Source: an uncultured Candidatus Bathyarchaeia archaeon
Lineage (GTDB): Archaea > Thermoproteota > Bathyarchaeia > Bathyarchaeales > DTEX01
Direction: 5' to 3'
Assembly: GCA_964512445.1 (NCBI GenBank)
Contig: CAZEGS010000002.1
Span: forward strand, 1-55,085
Length of the DNA stretch: 55,085 bases
This document shows positions 18,140 through 26,996 of this stretch, piece by piece. How positions within the stretch are numbered: the stretch's first letter is position 1; the number at the start of each line of letters is the position of its first letter. The position numbers and the translations under genes are program-made. A model generated the notes under the pieces. The model made no database searches. It worked only from the letters and a program-made list of their open reading frames with translations, and was not told where the DNA came from.

Positions 18140-20005
18140 CTAGTCAGGTAGTTTTCCGAGATTCTCTAGTTTATCAGCTACATCTTTAAGGCCATGTTTT
18201 TCTAATGTTTCTCTCTTCGGCCACCCAGTCTCTCGATCCCAACCTCTAAGATCATAAAACTCATCCATCAACGCTCGAAACTTCTCCACGTCAAGTCTTA
18301 TCCCAGCTCTATCAGGCTTCTCAAAGTATGGTATGACGCTTTCATCATCCTTTCTTGTTCTACCTTCAAGCACCATGATCGCCCTTTCGAGATTATAGAT
18401 CCTGCTGCCGATATGGTCGAGCTCCTCCTCGCTGAGATTGATCCCGGTGGCTGCAGAGAAGAGTTTAGCTTCTATAGATGTATCGCCAAAGCCGTCGGGA
18501 GAATCTTCACTATAAATTACTGGAAAGAAAGTTTCGCATACCGGAATCGAGTCGTGGACCGCAAGCCGATTTTGATGCCATATTGTAGGCTGAGCCTTAC
18601 ATTCATAATTGCTATTCGGATCTACCGAAAGTTCAGAGCCATATAGACGTTTACCGATTGCCTTAAGCTTATCCACAGATATTGAGGCTCCAGGCCTAGA
18701 AGTCCAATAAGTTATCTGACTAGCATAGCCGTGCACTAGGGGATCTCTGGAGTCCATTGCCCATTGAAGGGCAGCAACGATCCAGTATGGATAACGCGGC
18801 CCGCCGAAGAAGTGTCCATCCCAATGAGTTTCAAATCCATGAGCAACATGTGGCAAATATTCATGGCCCTTACCGAGAATATCAGCGGTTCTAGGCACTC
18901 CCTCGGCAAAGATCTTTCCAATCCCCTCTTTATAAGCGATTTTTCTGAGAAGCTTGCTCCAGAAAACTCCGCTTTCCAAGTCTATAGGCATCCCTAAATC
19001 CTTCTCTGTTATTAGGCCCTTCTCAACGCATCTGTTAAGCCACCGACCTGTTCCGGTAAAGCCTAAAACGATCTCCCAATGATTTATCCCATACATGTCG
19101 GCGAGCTGAGCAGCTTCAAACCCGGCCTGCCAAGGCTTAAACTTTAGATATGCTGGTGAACAGCAATGCACGGCGCCCGTATATAGTCTGGAATAAAATC
19201 TGCCTTTAATCCCCTTGTAGATCTTCAATCCGCATCCAGATATGTTGCATGATATTGTGCAGGCCTTAGATTCACGGATGTGCGCTTCACGTGAAAACCT
19301 TAAAGCGTATCTGCATACTTCTATGAATTCTTTAGGCTTAGCTATCGATACGCCTCCGCTTCCCTTAACCGTGATTGCTTTAAGATTTTTCGATCCCATC
19401 ACTGCTCCGAAGCCGCCTTGTCCAGCCGCGTTTTCTATTCCATGATGAACCGCAGCTATTCGCACCAGATTCTCCCCTGCGGGACCGATGCATACGGTCT
19501 GAGAATCCTCTTCATGCTCCTTCATCAGCTTCTTCTGAGTTTCGAATGTGTCGAGGCCCCAAAGCTTCTCTGCACCTCTAATCTCAGCCTTCCCATCGCT
19601 TATCCATATATAGACGGGGTAAGCCGCTCTTCCCTTGATGATCACTCCGTCGTAACCAGCATATTTCAGCTCGGCTCCCCAATATCCCCCCATGCTTGAC
19701 CTTGTATAATGAGGCTTCGGATATGCTTGAGGCGCTATACCCGCAAATGTTATCCTACCGCCAGAAGTAGGCGCCAAAGTTCCAGTTAACGGCCCGGTCA
19801 TGATGATCAATCGATTATCAGGATCAAAGGCGTCGATTCCGAAGGGGATCTCGTCCCAAGCAATCGCTGCGGCTAAGCCTCTCCCACCTATGAATCTCCC
19901 CGCGTATCTCATCGTATCTATCTCATCTATCCTCTCATTCGTCAAGTCTACGCGTAAAATTTTACCTACCCAGCCGTGGAGAGGCATCTTTTTTATTTCC
20001 GTCAT
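18140..20005 (-). CDS. aor: Aldehyde:ferredoxin oxidoreductase family (tungstopterin enzyme)
   Basis: 621 aa. N-terminus GWVGKILRVDLTNERIDEIDT...YAGRFIGGRGLAAAIAWDEI and the overall length are typical of the AOR family. Confidence 0.9.
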   Translation of the reverse strand: MTEIKKMPLHGWVGKILRVDLTNERIDEIDTMRYAGRFIGGRGLAAAIAWDEIPFGIDAFDPDNRLIIMTGPLTGTLAPTSGGRITFAGIAPQAYPKPHYTRSSMGGYWGAELKYAGYDGVIIKGRAAYPVYIWISDGKAEIRGAEKLWGLDTFETQKKLMKEHEEDSQTVCIGPAGENLVRIAAVHHGIENAAGQGGFGAVMGSKNLKAITVKGSGGVSIAKPKEFIEVCRYALRFSREAHIRESKACTISCNISGCGLKIYKGIKGRFYSRLYTGAVHCCSPAYLKFKPWQAGFEAAQLADMYGINHWEIVLGFTGTGRWLNRCVEKGLITEKDLGMPIDLESGVFWSKLLRKIAYKEGIGKIFAEGVPRTADILGKGHEYLPHVAHGFETHWDGHFFGGPRYPYWIVAALQWAMDSRDPLVHGYASQITYWTSRPGASISVDKLKAIGKRLYGSELSVDPNSNYECKAQPTIWHQNRLAVHDSIPVCETFFPVIYSEDSPDGFGDTSIEAKLFSAATGINLSEEELDHIGSRIYNLERAIMVLEGRTRKDDESVIPYFEKPDRAGIRLDVEKFRALMDEFYDLRGWDRETGWPKRETLEKHGLKDVADKLENLGKLPD

Positions 20006-20042
20006 TAAATCATTCGGTTAGTACGCATATCTTTAGCATCTT

Positions 20043-20067
20043 CGAATTTAAGAATTTCTTAAAAATT
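20043..20067. promoter_or_regulatory. Imperfect 25-bp palindrome in the divergent AOR / giant-FtsX-gene promoter region
   Basis: GAATTT-AAGAA-T-TTCTT-AA-AAATTC. The outer 6-bp and inner 5-bp arms are complementary, with a 2-nt bulge. It lies 37 nt from the AOR start and about 90 nt upstream of the ATG at 20156. Confidence 0.3.
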
Positions 20068-20155
20068 CTCTGTTCCGTAATGATTTCTGTTGCGAGACTG
20101 TTAAAAAAATATTTAGGAAAATCTTAAATATTTTTTACCAAGAGTATATAATACA

Positions 20156-23100
20156 ATGAGCTTTAAACGTCTTAGCTCCTTGATTCTTTTGGTTATGCTT
20201 TTTGTGATTCTCAATCAAGGAAACACCATAAAGATTCTTAGTGCATCTGAAAAATCATCCGTCTTGAGAGCGGATGGGGATCTCTCTCCTATACTTACTG
20301 CTCCTCGCGATTTAGCATCTTACGCCAAGCAAGTTGCCGAAAGAATAGATATGAACCGGATAAAGGAGCATATTCGTTATCTCTCCAATCTTGGAACAAG
20401 ATGTCCCGGAACAGACGGTTATTATAAAGCTGCTGAGTATATTAAAGAAAAGTTTGAGGAGTATGGGCTGCTTAACGTTTCTTATCAGAATTTTGAAATG
20501 GCCATGCCCGTATCTCATGGAGCTTGGTTGGAGGTTGTATCGCCTAAAATCGATGAGAAGATAGTTCTTGAGCCGTTCCTTCCGAACGTCGTTGCACCCT
20601 CAACTGGAGATTATGAAGGTAGACTAATCTATGCCGGCTTTGGAACCTACAAGGAGTTTGAGAAGCTCGGCATGAACGTCTCAGGCGCCATAGCTATGCT
20701 TGAGTATGCTTCTGGACGGAACTGGGTGAATGCCTTCGCCCTAGGATGCCAAGCTGTTCTCTTCATAGAGTCTAACTCCACAACGATCTATGGTAACATG
20801 ATGAAGACGGTCAGCGCGGCTATAAATCTGCCCAGATACTACATAAGGTATGAAGATGCCTCTAAGCTCCGTAAGCTCATCTCTGAAGAGCCTGCTTTTG
20901 TCCGCATCAAATCTAAAGTAACCTGGGAAGAAATCCCCGCGATGAATGTTCTAGGCTTCATAAAGGGTACGACATATCCTGATCAAATACTTCTTCTAAT
21001 CGCACACTTCGATAGCTTCTCAGTCGTTCCGGGGATTGCTCCGGGCGCAAATGAGGCTCAAGGCATAGCTGCACTTCTCGAATTAGCCCGATTCTACTCC
21101 GAGAATCCTCCAGCCAGAACAGTCATGTTTCTAGCAGTTTCAGGACACTGGCAATCCTATTATGGCATGAGAGAATTTATGGAGGAGTACTTCTTTGGAA
21201 ACTCAACTAATATTGGTTCAAAGATTAGAATGTCCTTTTACTTGGACTTTTACACTCTCGATAGCGACAGCATAGTGGTGCAGGCTACAGGACCCGTCCA
21301 TTCATTCACGGGGCCACGGTATGCGAAATATACCGATTACGTAGCTAAGCTTATCTTTACTTTAGGTTCGCCATCATTCAAATCCTATGTTGATCCATCC
21401 GCGCCAATTATGAAGTATGAGTACGGCGTTGACTCCATCTCATCCATACTGCAGGAGGTCTTCGGTGATGGAAAGAATATACGCTTCAAGGTGGGAGACC
21501 AGATATATGGCGCGCAGGCTCCCTGGGTTACAGCGGGAGGAACAACTTGGGGCGCAGGCTCATCCGTCTTCATCTGGGACGGAGAGCTTCTAATGGGGAC
21601 AGGTGGGATATGTTTAGCTATAACCTCGGGCGCTACAAGCCGTATTATGGAGCGTACCCCTCTAGACACTTTTGATAAGGTTAACTTCAAAAATCTGAAT
21701 CATGTTCTAAAATATGCATTTAACGTGATCTTCTTCTTCGCAAATGCTGATGAGAACATATATGAGAATATTCCAAGATTCCGCATAAGCCGTTATGATC
21801 CTAACAGCGGAGTTGCCTTCATCAAGCTTCATGTCCAAGTTCTTGAGTATGACAAGACTAAAACTGGATGGTACAAGCCTGTTCCAAAAGCATTAGTGCT
21901 GCTTTATCAGGGAGCTTCCGGCTATGGAACATACGTTCTAGGCCAGGTTCCAAATACACAGATGGTTGAGATCGCTGACGAAAACGGCGTTGCGACGTTT
22001 ATAGGCCTAAAAAGCGCCTTCATCGTTCTAGGCGCAATGTTCAGCTATAACATTGAAGGATACATGGTAGATGAAGAGACTGGGAATCTCATCTACGCTC
22101 CGAACCAAGGAACCTTTGGACTTGCCCAGTTTGTCAGCGCCTACACCCCCAATAAGGCTGAAGAACACGTCTCTATAAGCGTCCTTAAAGCTGGCACAAT
22201 CGCCCTCTTCGAAGTCTACACCCCACTGGAGCTTCCAAGCGGAGGCTGGAGAACGCCTGTTGGGCAGACAACGGTCTCGCCTTTAGAGGCTCAGTCACTA
22301 AGCGTACCATTCTTCTATGGCGCCAAGAGCGATGTGACATTAGCCGTCTCAGCCATCTACGTAGAGCCTGATACGCCAGTAATAATAGAGTATAACTTTC
22401 CAGGAAAGCTTGTTGGAATTCTAAGAAACGCCTCTGAAACTTCCCCGTTGGGTGAAGGCTTCAAAGTGGGAGTAGGAGAAAAACTTGTTATACCCTACAC
22501 CTCATATAGAGTGGCCCTAGACACATGGATCTTGGATGAGAGTAGACTCAGCAATCTTGGGAGATATCACGTCTACAGCGCTGGTGGAAGAGCAGAATAC
22601 TATCATTCAGAGGCTGCTAAGCACCTAAAGGCGGCTGAGAAGGCCCTACGCAATTACAGATACGATGAGCTCTTCGGAGAGGCTTGGAGAGCCTGGTCCT
22701 ACGAGGCTATGGCGTATGATCTTGTTAAGAAAACAACGATCGACGCTGTCGTCACCGCTTGTTTCTTCATAGCGTTAGCAGTACCCTTCGCTTTCTTATT
22801 TGAAAGACTAGCCTTCAGCTTCGAGAATGGATGGAAGAGGCTTGGAGCAATATTAGGAATATCAACAGTGCTACTAGTTTCCCTCTCAATTATACATCCA
22901 GGCTTCATACTCGCTTCAAACATAATAATGGTTGTGTTAGGAACAGCGATAATCTTTCTACTCCTCCCAGTTATTATCGTAATCTTCTCAGACGTCAGAG
23001 ATCAGCTTAAAAAGATGAGAGAGAGCATGTCTGGAATTCATGCTGCAGAGATAAGCATGTCAAGCGCTATAATGATGGCTTTCTCAGTTGCAGTCTCACA

Positions 23101-24862
23101 TCAGAGGAAGCGTAGATTTAGAACAGTATTATCCCAGATCACGGTTATTCTGATAACATTCGCCCTTGTAAGCATGGTCTCCATCTCAACATTCTCTGCA
23201 GTTATACGTGTACCCCAACCCCTCACATACAAACCATTATATGAGGGTCTCTTAGTCCGGGATAAGGAATGGCAAGAACTATCTCAAGACCAGTTTAACA
23301 CGATCTCCGCAGCATATAGCGATATCGCAACTGTGGTTCCAAGAGTCTGGTGGTTCCCGCCCTACATGCTTGGACAATCCCAAAGCATACTCTTCTGGGT
23401 CTCTCAACAGCAAGTTATGTGGAACATAGATGTAGCGAAGACCCTCAGCAAGACGCTTGGCCTAAAAGGCCGTAACGGCACGGTTCCAATATATGCTGTC
23501 TGGGGGCTCTCACCAGATGAGCCTAAACTAACTGGATTAAAGGTTGTTGAAGGAAAATGGATCGAGCCTGGAGATACTTGGGTTTGTCTCTTAACGGTTA
23601 AGGATGCGAAATCAATAGGAGTCTCGGTAGGAGACACCGTGGAATATTACGGCTCAATCTTCACAGTTAAAGGATTAGTAGATGCTAATGAGACTTACGT
23701 CACAGATATTGACGGCGAGCCGATCACTCCCCTATCCTATGAAGACGTCTATTACGAGCTTCAGACTAAACGTCAAGTTGAAAATTACGCTCCCCTCCAT
23801 CTTAAGCCATGGTCCTACGGGAGATTCGTCATAGTTCCCTATCAGATAGCCCTTGATATGGGCGGCAGCCTCATAAGCATAGCTTTAAAGTTTAAGCCTG
23901 GAATGACCGAAATAGAAAAAGTCATAGCGGTAGAACTTGCCGACAAGCTCGGAATGGACGTCTATATGTCTTCAGGAGGATCAACAATCGTTTACAGAAA
24001 AGGAGCAGGATACTCCCAAAGAGGCTTCGAAGCGATAGTATTTCCACTGATCATTGGAGCCCTAACGATAGCCACAACATTATATGGAGGTATCATGGAA
24101 AGGATCGGTGAGATGTCGATCTTCAGCTCTCTCGGAATGACACCCATGCAGATAGCAGGCGTATTCCTAGCTGAATGTCTCGTTACATCCCTAATAGGAG
24201 CCGTCTTAGGCTATCTACTCGGCATCCTAAACATTTACATTGGCAGCGCATTTGGAGCTGTAGGGGAAGCTGTTTCACCCAACTATTCCTCAAGCTATGT
24301 ATTGACCGCTCTAAGCATCGCTATGATTGCGACGCTAGGTGTAAGCGCTTATCCACTCTATAAGGCAGCGAAGCTCGTTACGCCCTCTCTAGAACGGAAA
24401 TGGAGAATACCCAAACCTAAAGGTGACAGATGGGAGGTCCCCCTGCCCTTCCTATGCAAGTCGGAAGCCGAAGTTTTAGGCATCTTCGAATACTTGAAGG
24501 AGTATCTGAATCAGTTTAGAACCGAAAGGGTAGGCACATTCATGATTGGAGAAATCCAATATTCGGAGAGTCTAAAGGAGGGCTCTCCAGTTATGGATCT
24601 ATCATTTAACGTAACGTTGGCTCCCTACGAGCAGGGAGTCACCGAAAAAGCTATAATCAGATCTAGCTGGTCTAGTAGGGTAAAGGCATATTCATTCCAG
24701 CTTCTTATGAATAGGTTATCTGGATCCGGAAGTGTATGGCGGATCTCTAACCCCAGATTTATTGATGCCGTAAGGAAACAGCTTCTAACTTGGCGGTTAT
24801 TGTCCGCTGAGAAGCGGGATATGTACATTAAAAAAGCCAAGCCGATTAAAGAAGCGGAGTAG
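20156..24862 (+). CDS. Giant membrane protein: signal anchor, PA/M28 peptidase-like ectodomain (catalytic motifs degenerate), 3 TM, MacB/FtsX-type permease module (TM1, extracytoplasmic domain, FtsX TM2-4), ~115-aa cytoplasmic tail
   Basis: 1,568 aa. M28-like motifs: RYLSNLGTRCPGTDGYYKAAEYI, NVLGFIKG, IAHFDSFS (~21002), PGANEAQGIAALLE (~21041). The expected EE motif reads FLAVSGHWQSYYG (~21127). FtsX module: HQRKRRFRTVLSQITVILITFALV (~23098); PCD-like VWGLSPDEPKLTGLKVVEGKW...VGDTVEYYGSIFTVKGLVD; MERIGEMSIFSSLGMTPMQIAGVFLAECLVTSLIGAVLGYLLG (~24095); YPLYKAAKLVTPSLERKW. Confidence 0.75.
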   Translation: MSFKRLSSLILLVMLFVILNQGNTIKILSASEKSSVLRADGDLSPILTAPRDLASYAKQVAERIDMNRIKEHIRYLSNLGTRCPGTDGYYKAAEYIKEKFEEYGLLNVSYQNFEMAMPVSHGAWLEVVSPKIDEKIVLEPFLPNVVAPSTGDYEGRLIYAGFGTYKEFEKLGMNVSGAIAMLEYASGRNWVNAFALGCQAVLFIESNSTTIYGNMMKTVSAAINLPRYYIRYEDASKLRKLISEEPAFVRIKSKVTWEEIPAMNVLGFIKGTTYPDQILLLIAHFDSFSVVPGIAPGANEAQGIAALLELARFYSENPPARTVMFLAVSGHWQSYYGMREFMEEYFFGNSTNIGSKIRMSFYLDFYTLDSDSIVVQATGPVHSFTGPRYAKYTDYVAKLIFTLGSPSFKSYVDPSAPIMKYEYGVDSISSILQEVFGDGKNIRFKVGDQIYGAQAPWVTAGGTTWGAGSSVFIWDGELLMGTGGICLAITSGATSRIMERTPLDTFDKVNFKNLNHVLKYAFNVIFFFANADENIYENIPRFRISRYDPNSGVAFIKLHVQVLEYDKTKTGWYKPVPKALVLLYQGASGYGTYVLGQVPNTQMVEIADENGVATFIGLKSAFIVLGAMFSYNIEGYMVDEETGNLIYAPNQGTFGLAQFVSAYTPNKAEEHVSISVLKAGTIALFEVYTPLELPSGGWRTPVGQTTVSPLEAQSLSVPFFYGAKSDVTLAVSAIYVEPDTPVIIEYNFPGKLVGILRNASETSPLGEGFKVGVGEKLVIPYTSYRVALDTWILDESRLSNLGRYHVYSAGGRAEYYHSEAAKHLKAAEKALRNYRYDELFGEAWRAWSYEAMAYDLVKKTTIDAVVTACFFIALAVPFAFLFERLAFSFENGWKRLGAILGISTVLLVSLSIIHPGFILASNIIMVVLGTAIIFLLLPVIIVIFSDVRDQLKKMRESMSGIHAAEISMSSAIMMAFSVAVSHQRKRRFRTVLSQITVILITFALVSMVSISTFSAVIRVPQPLTYKPLYEGLLVRDKEWQELSQDQFNTISAAYSDIATVVPRVWWFPPYMLGQSQSILFWVSQQQVMWNIDVAKTLSKTLGLKGRNGTVPIYAVWGLSPDEPKLTGLKVVEGKWIEPGDTWVCLLTVKDAKSIGVSVGDTVEYYGSIFTVKGLVDANETYVTDIDGEPITPLSYEDVYYELQTKRQVENYAPLHLKPWSYGRFVIVPYQIALDMGGSLISIALKFKPGMTEIEKVIAVELADKLGMDVYMSSGGSTIVYRKGAGYSQRGFEAIVFPLIIGALTIATTLYGGIMERIGEMSIFSSLGMTPMQIAGVFLAECLVTSLIGAVLGYLLGILNIYIGSAFGAVGEAVSPNYSSSYVLTALSIAMIATLGVSAYPLYKAAKLVTPSLERKWRIPKPKGDRWEVPLPFLCKSEAEVLGIFEYLKEYLNQFRTERVGTFMIGEIQYSESLKEGSPVMDLSFNVTLAPYEQGVTEKAIIRSSWSSRVKAYSFQLLMNRLSGSGSVWRISNPRFIDAVRKQLLTWRLLSAEKRDMYIKKAKPIKEAE

Positions 24863-24869
24863 ATTATGA

Positions 24870-26813
24870 ATGACGGAAAGACGTAATCGAAGATTAGCTC
24901 TCGAAGAAGGATTAACGATAAACTCTATTCTCGCCATTATATATGCCGCTGTTGTGCTTCAGCCAGCCGCCATCTACCTAACAATGACGGCTGGCGTAAC
25001 TATAGGAGCAGGCTACGTAGCTGTTCTCCTATTTGTTGAGCTCGCCCGGTTGCTCGGCCGCCCCCTGAGACGAGCTGAAGTATTCATTATCTATGCCATG
25101 AGCGGTATGGCTGCAATGTCAAACTATTTCATGGCGATGCCCTGGAACGCCTATATAAGGACAAGCCCAATATCCCACAGTTTCTATATTGAAGGAAAAA
25201 CGGTGGCGGAGCTCGTTCCCGTATGGATGGCTCCTCCAGCGGGCTCCGAGGCAATAACAAAACGACTAATATTTCATCCAGACTGGATTCCGAACCTGCT
25301 TGTCTGGCCGATCACATCCTTCATAATAATCCCCATAATGGATATCATGCTTGGTTTCCTAGCCGCCCAGCTATACATCGAAGTTGAGAAGCTTCCATTC
25401 CCCATGCAGCAAGTCGACGCTGCTGTGGTTGAAACGCTCAGCGTAAGAGAACCTAGAAGAATGAGAGCATTCACAATCGCAGCTGCGCTTGGCATGGCCT
25501 ACGGATTCGTCCTCTACGGACTGCCAATCATAACTGAAACCTTTATGGGAATCAGATTGACAATTATCCCCTGGCTCTGGCTGGATCTCACCTCAGGTAT
25601 CGAACGGTATCTGCCCGGCTCCACCCTAGGCGTCGCAACGGACCTCACAACCTTCCTAATGGGATGGATCATCCCATTCAATGTAGTAGTCTCGATGCTA
25701 ATAGGATCCATAGCCCTAAATTTTGTGGGGAACCATCTCCTAGTAAGATTTAACATTCTAAAGAGAGGGATAGATTGGTTCCCAAACATGGGAATATCAG
25801 GCATAACCCTTAGATTCCAAATGAAGTTCTGGGCAAGCGTCTTTGTAGGTCTATCAATAGCTACGGCTCTGATTCCCCTGATAAGGAGAAGAGAATATAT
25901 AACCTCAACCTTCAGAAGCCTCTCAAAACTTTCTAAAGCCTCAAGAGAAGCTGGATATCTCCCCTTAAAGGTGATAATTATAGGCTACCTAGCAGCCTCA
26001 TTCGCTTCAATAGCGATCTTCTATATCCTCGTATCACCAGAGTTCCGAACAACCTATTGGTGGTTCCCACTTCTACTCGGGCCAGGATGGACCTTCATTG
26101 TAACTCTAGTAGCGGCAAGATCGATAGGATTAACCGGCTACAACCTCTTCGCCGCCACAGGATACGGCTACACGGCGTCCCCAGCATATGTTAAAGAGGG
26201 CATACTCCTCTCAATTCCATATCAGGGACTTGACGCTTGGGCTGCTCCTCTAGCTATAAGTCAGGGCGGCGCCAGCTGGTGTGCAGCCTTTAAGCTATGC
26301 CAGCTAACCGGAACAAAGCCGATAAGCTATATAAAAGCATGGTTCTTAACGATCTTCATATCCTTCATAACAAGTATGCTATACATGCAGATGTTCTGGG
26401 CGCTGGCTCCCATACCATCAGCCTCCTATCCCTTCCTCTCATTCCAGTGGCCCATAACCTTAATGTTCTGGAATCTATGGGTAACAAAATCTATAGTCAT
26501 GTTCCAGCCTATTGTGATCATAGCATCCTTCATAATTGGAGCCCTCATGGATATCATCCCAGCGGTCATGCATCTGCCCTTCTCTCTAATAGGCTTCGTC
26601 GTCGGAGCCTCGACGCCGATGCCGAACTCACTCTCCATGTTCATAGGCGCCTTAATTGGAAGATTCATGATTCGTAGAAGGCTGGGTGAAGATTGGTGGA
26701 GAAACTACAGATACGTTATGCTGGCAGGGGTCTTTCTAGGAGAAGCATTAATGGTTGGAATATCCGCTACCCTGATGTTGATGAGTAAAGCAGCCTGGAT
26801 ACTTCCATTTTAA
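24870..26813 (+). CDS. Polytopic membrane protein (about 14 or more TM), distantly OPT (oligopeptide transporter) superfamily-like
   Basis: 647 aa. Starts 7 nt after the preceding stop. The N-terminus LTINSILAIIYAAVVLQPAAIYLTMTAGVTIGAGY and the motif QLYIEVEKLPFPMQQVDAAV resemble the OPT LxFPSGTATA region. Paralogue of 26997..29015. Confidence 0.5.
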   Translation: MTERRNRRLALEEGLTINSILAIIYAAVVLQPAAIYLTMTAGVTIGAGYVAVLLFVELARLLGRPLRRAEVFIIYAMSGMAAMSNYFMAMPWNAYIRTSPISHSFYIEGKTVAELVPVWMAPPAGSEAITKRLIFHPDWIPNLLVWPITSFIIIPIMDIMLGFLAAQLYIEVEKLPFPMQQVDAAVVETLSVREPRRMRAFTIAAALGMAYGFVLYGLPIITETFMGIRLTIIPWLWLDLTSGIERYLPGSTLGVATDLTTFLMGWIIPFNVVVSMLIGSIALNFVGNHLLVRFNILKRGIDWFPNMGISGITLRFQMKFWASVFVGLSIATALIPLIRRREYITSTFRSLSKLSKASREAGYLPLKVIIIGYLAASFASIAIFYILVSPEFRTTYWWFPLLLGPGWTFIVTLVAARSIGLTGYNLFAATGYGYTASPAYVKEGILLSIPYQGLDAWAAPLAISQGGASWCAAFKLCQLTGTKPISYIKAWFLTIFISFITSMLYMQMFWALAPIPSASYPFLSFQWPITLMFWNLWVTKSIVMFQPIVIIASFIIGALMDIIPAVMHLPFSLIGFVVGASTPMPNSLSMFIGALIGRFMIRRRLGEDWWRNYRYVMLAGVFLGEALMVGISATLMLMSKAAWILPF

Positions 26814-26996
26814 AAATTTAAAATAATTCTATATAAAATTATTATTTTTGTTCTTGATATTTCACAGATATTTTACATCTTTACTGATAGATTAATAGTT
26901 TAAAAACAGATAGAAAATCTTATTAACTTTCAATAGATACTAACATTTACTCTGTAAAAACTTGTCGTATCAAAGAGGAAAATAAGAGGGACACAC

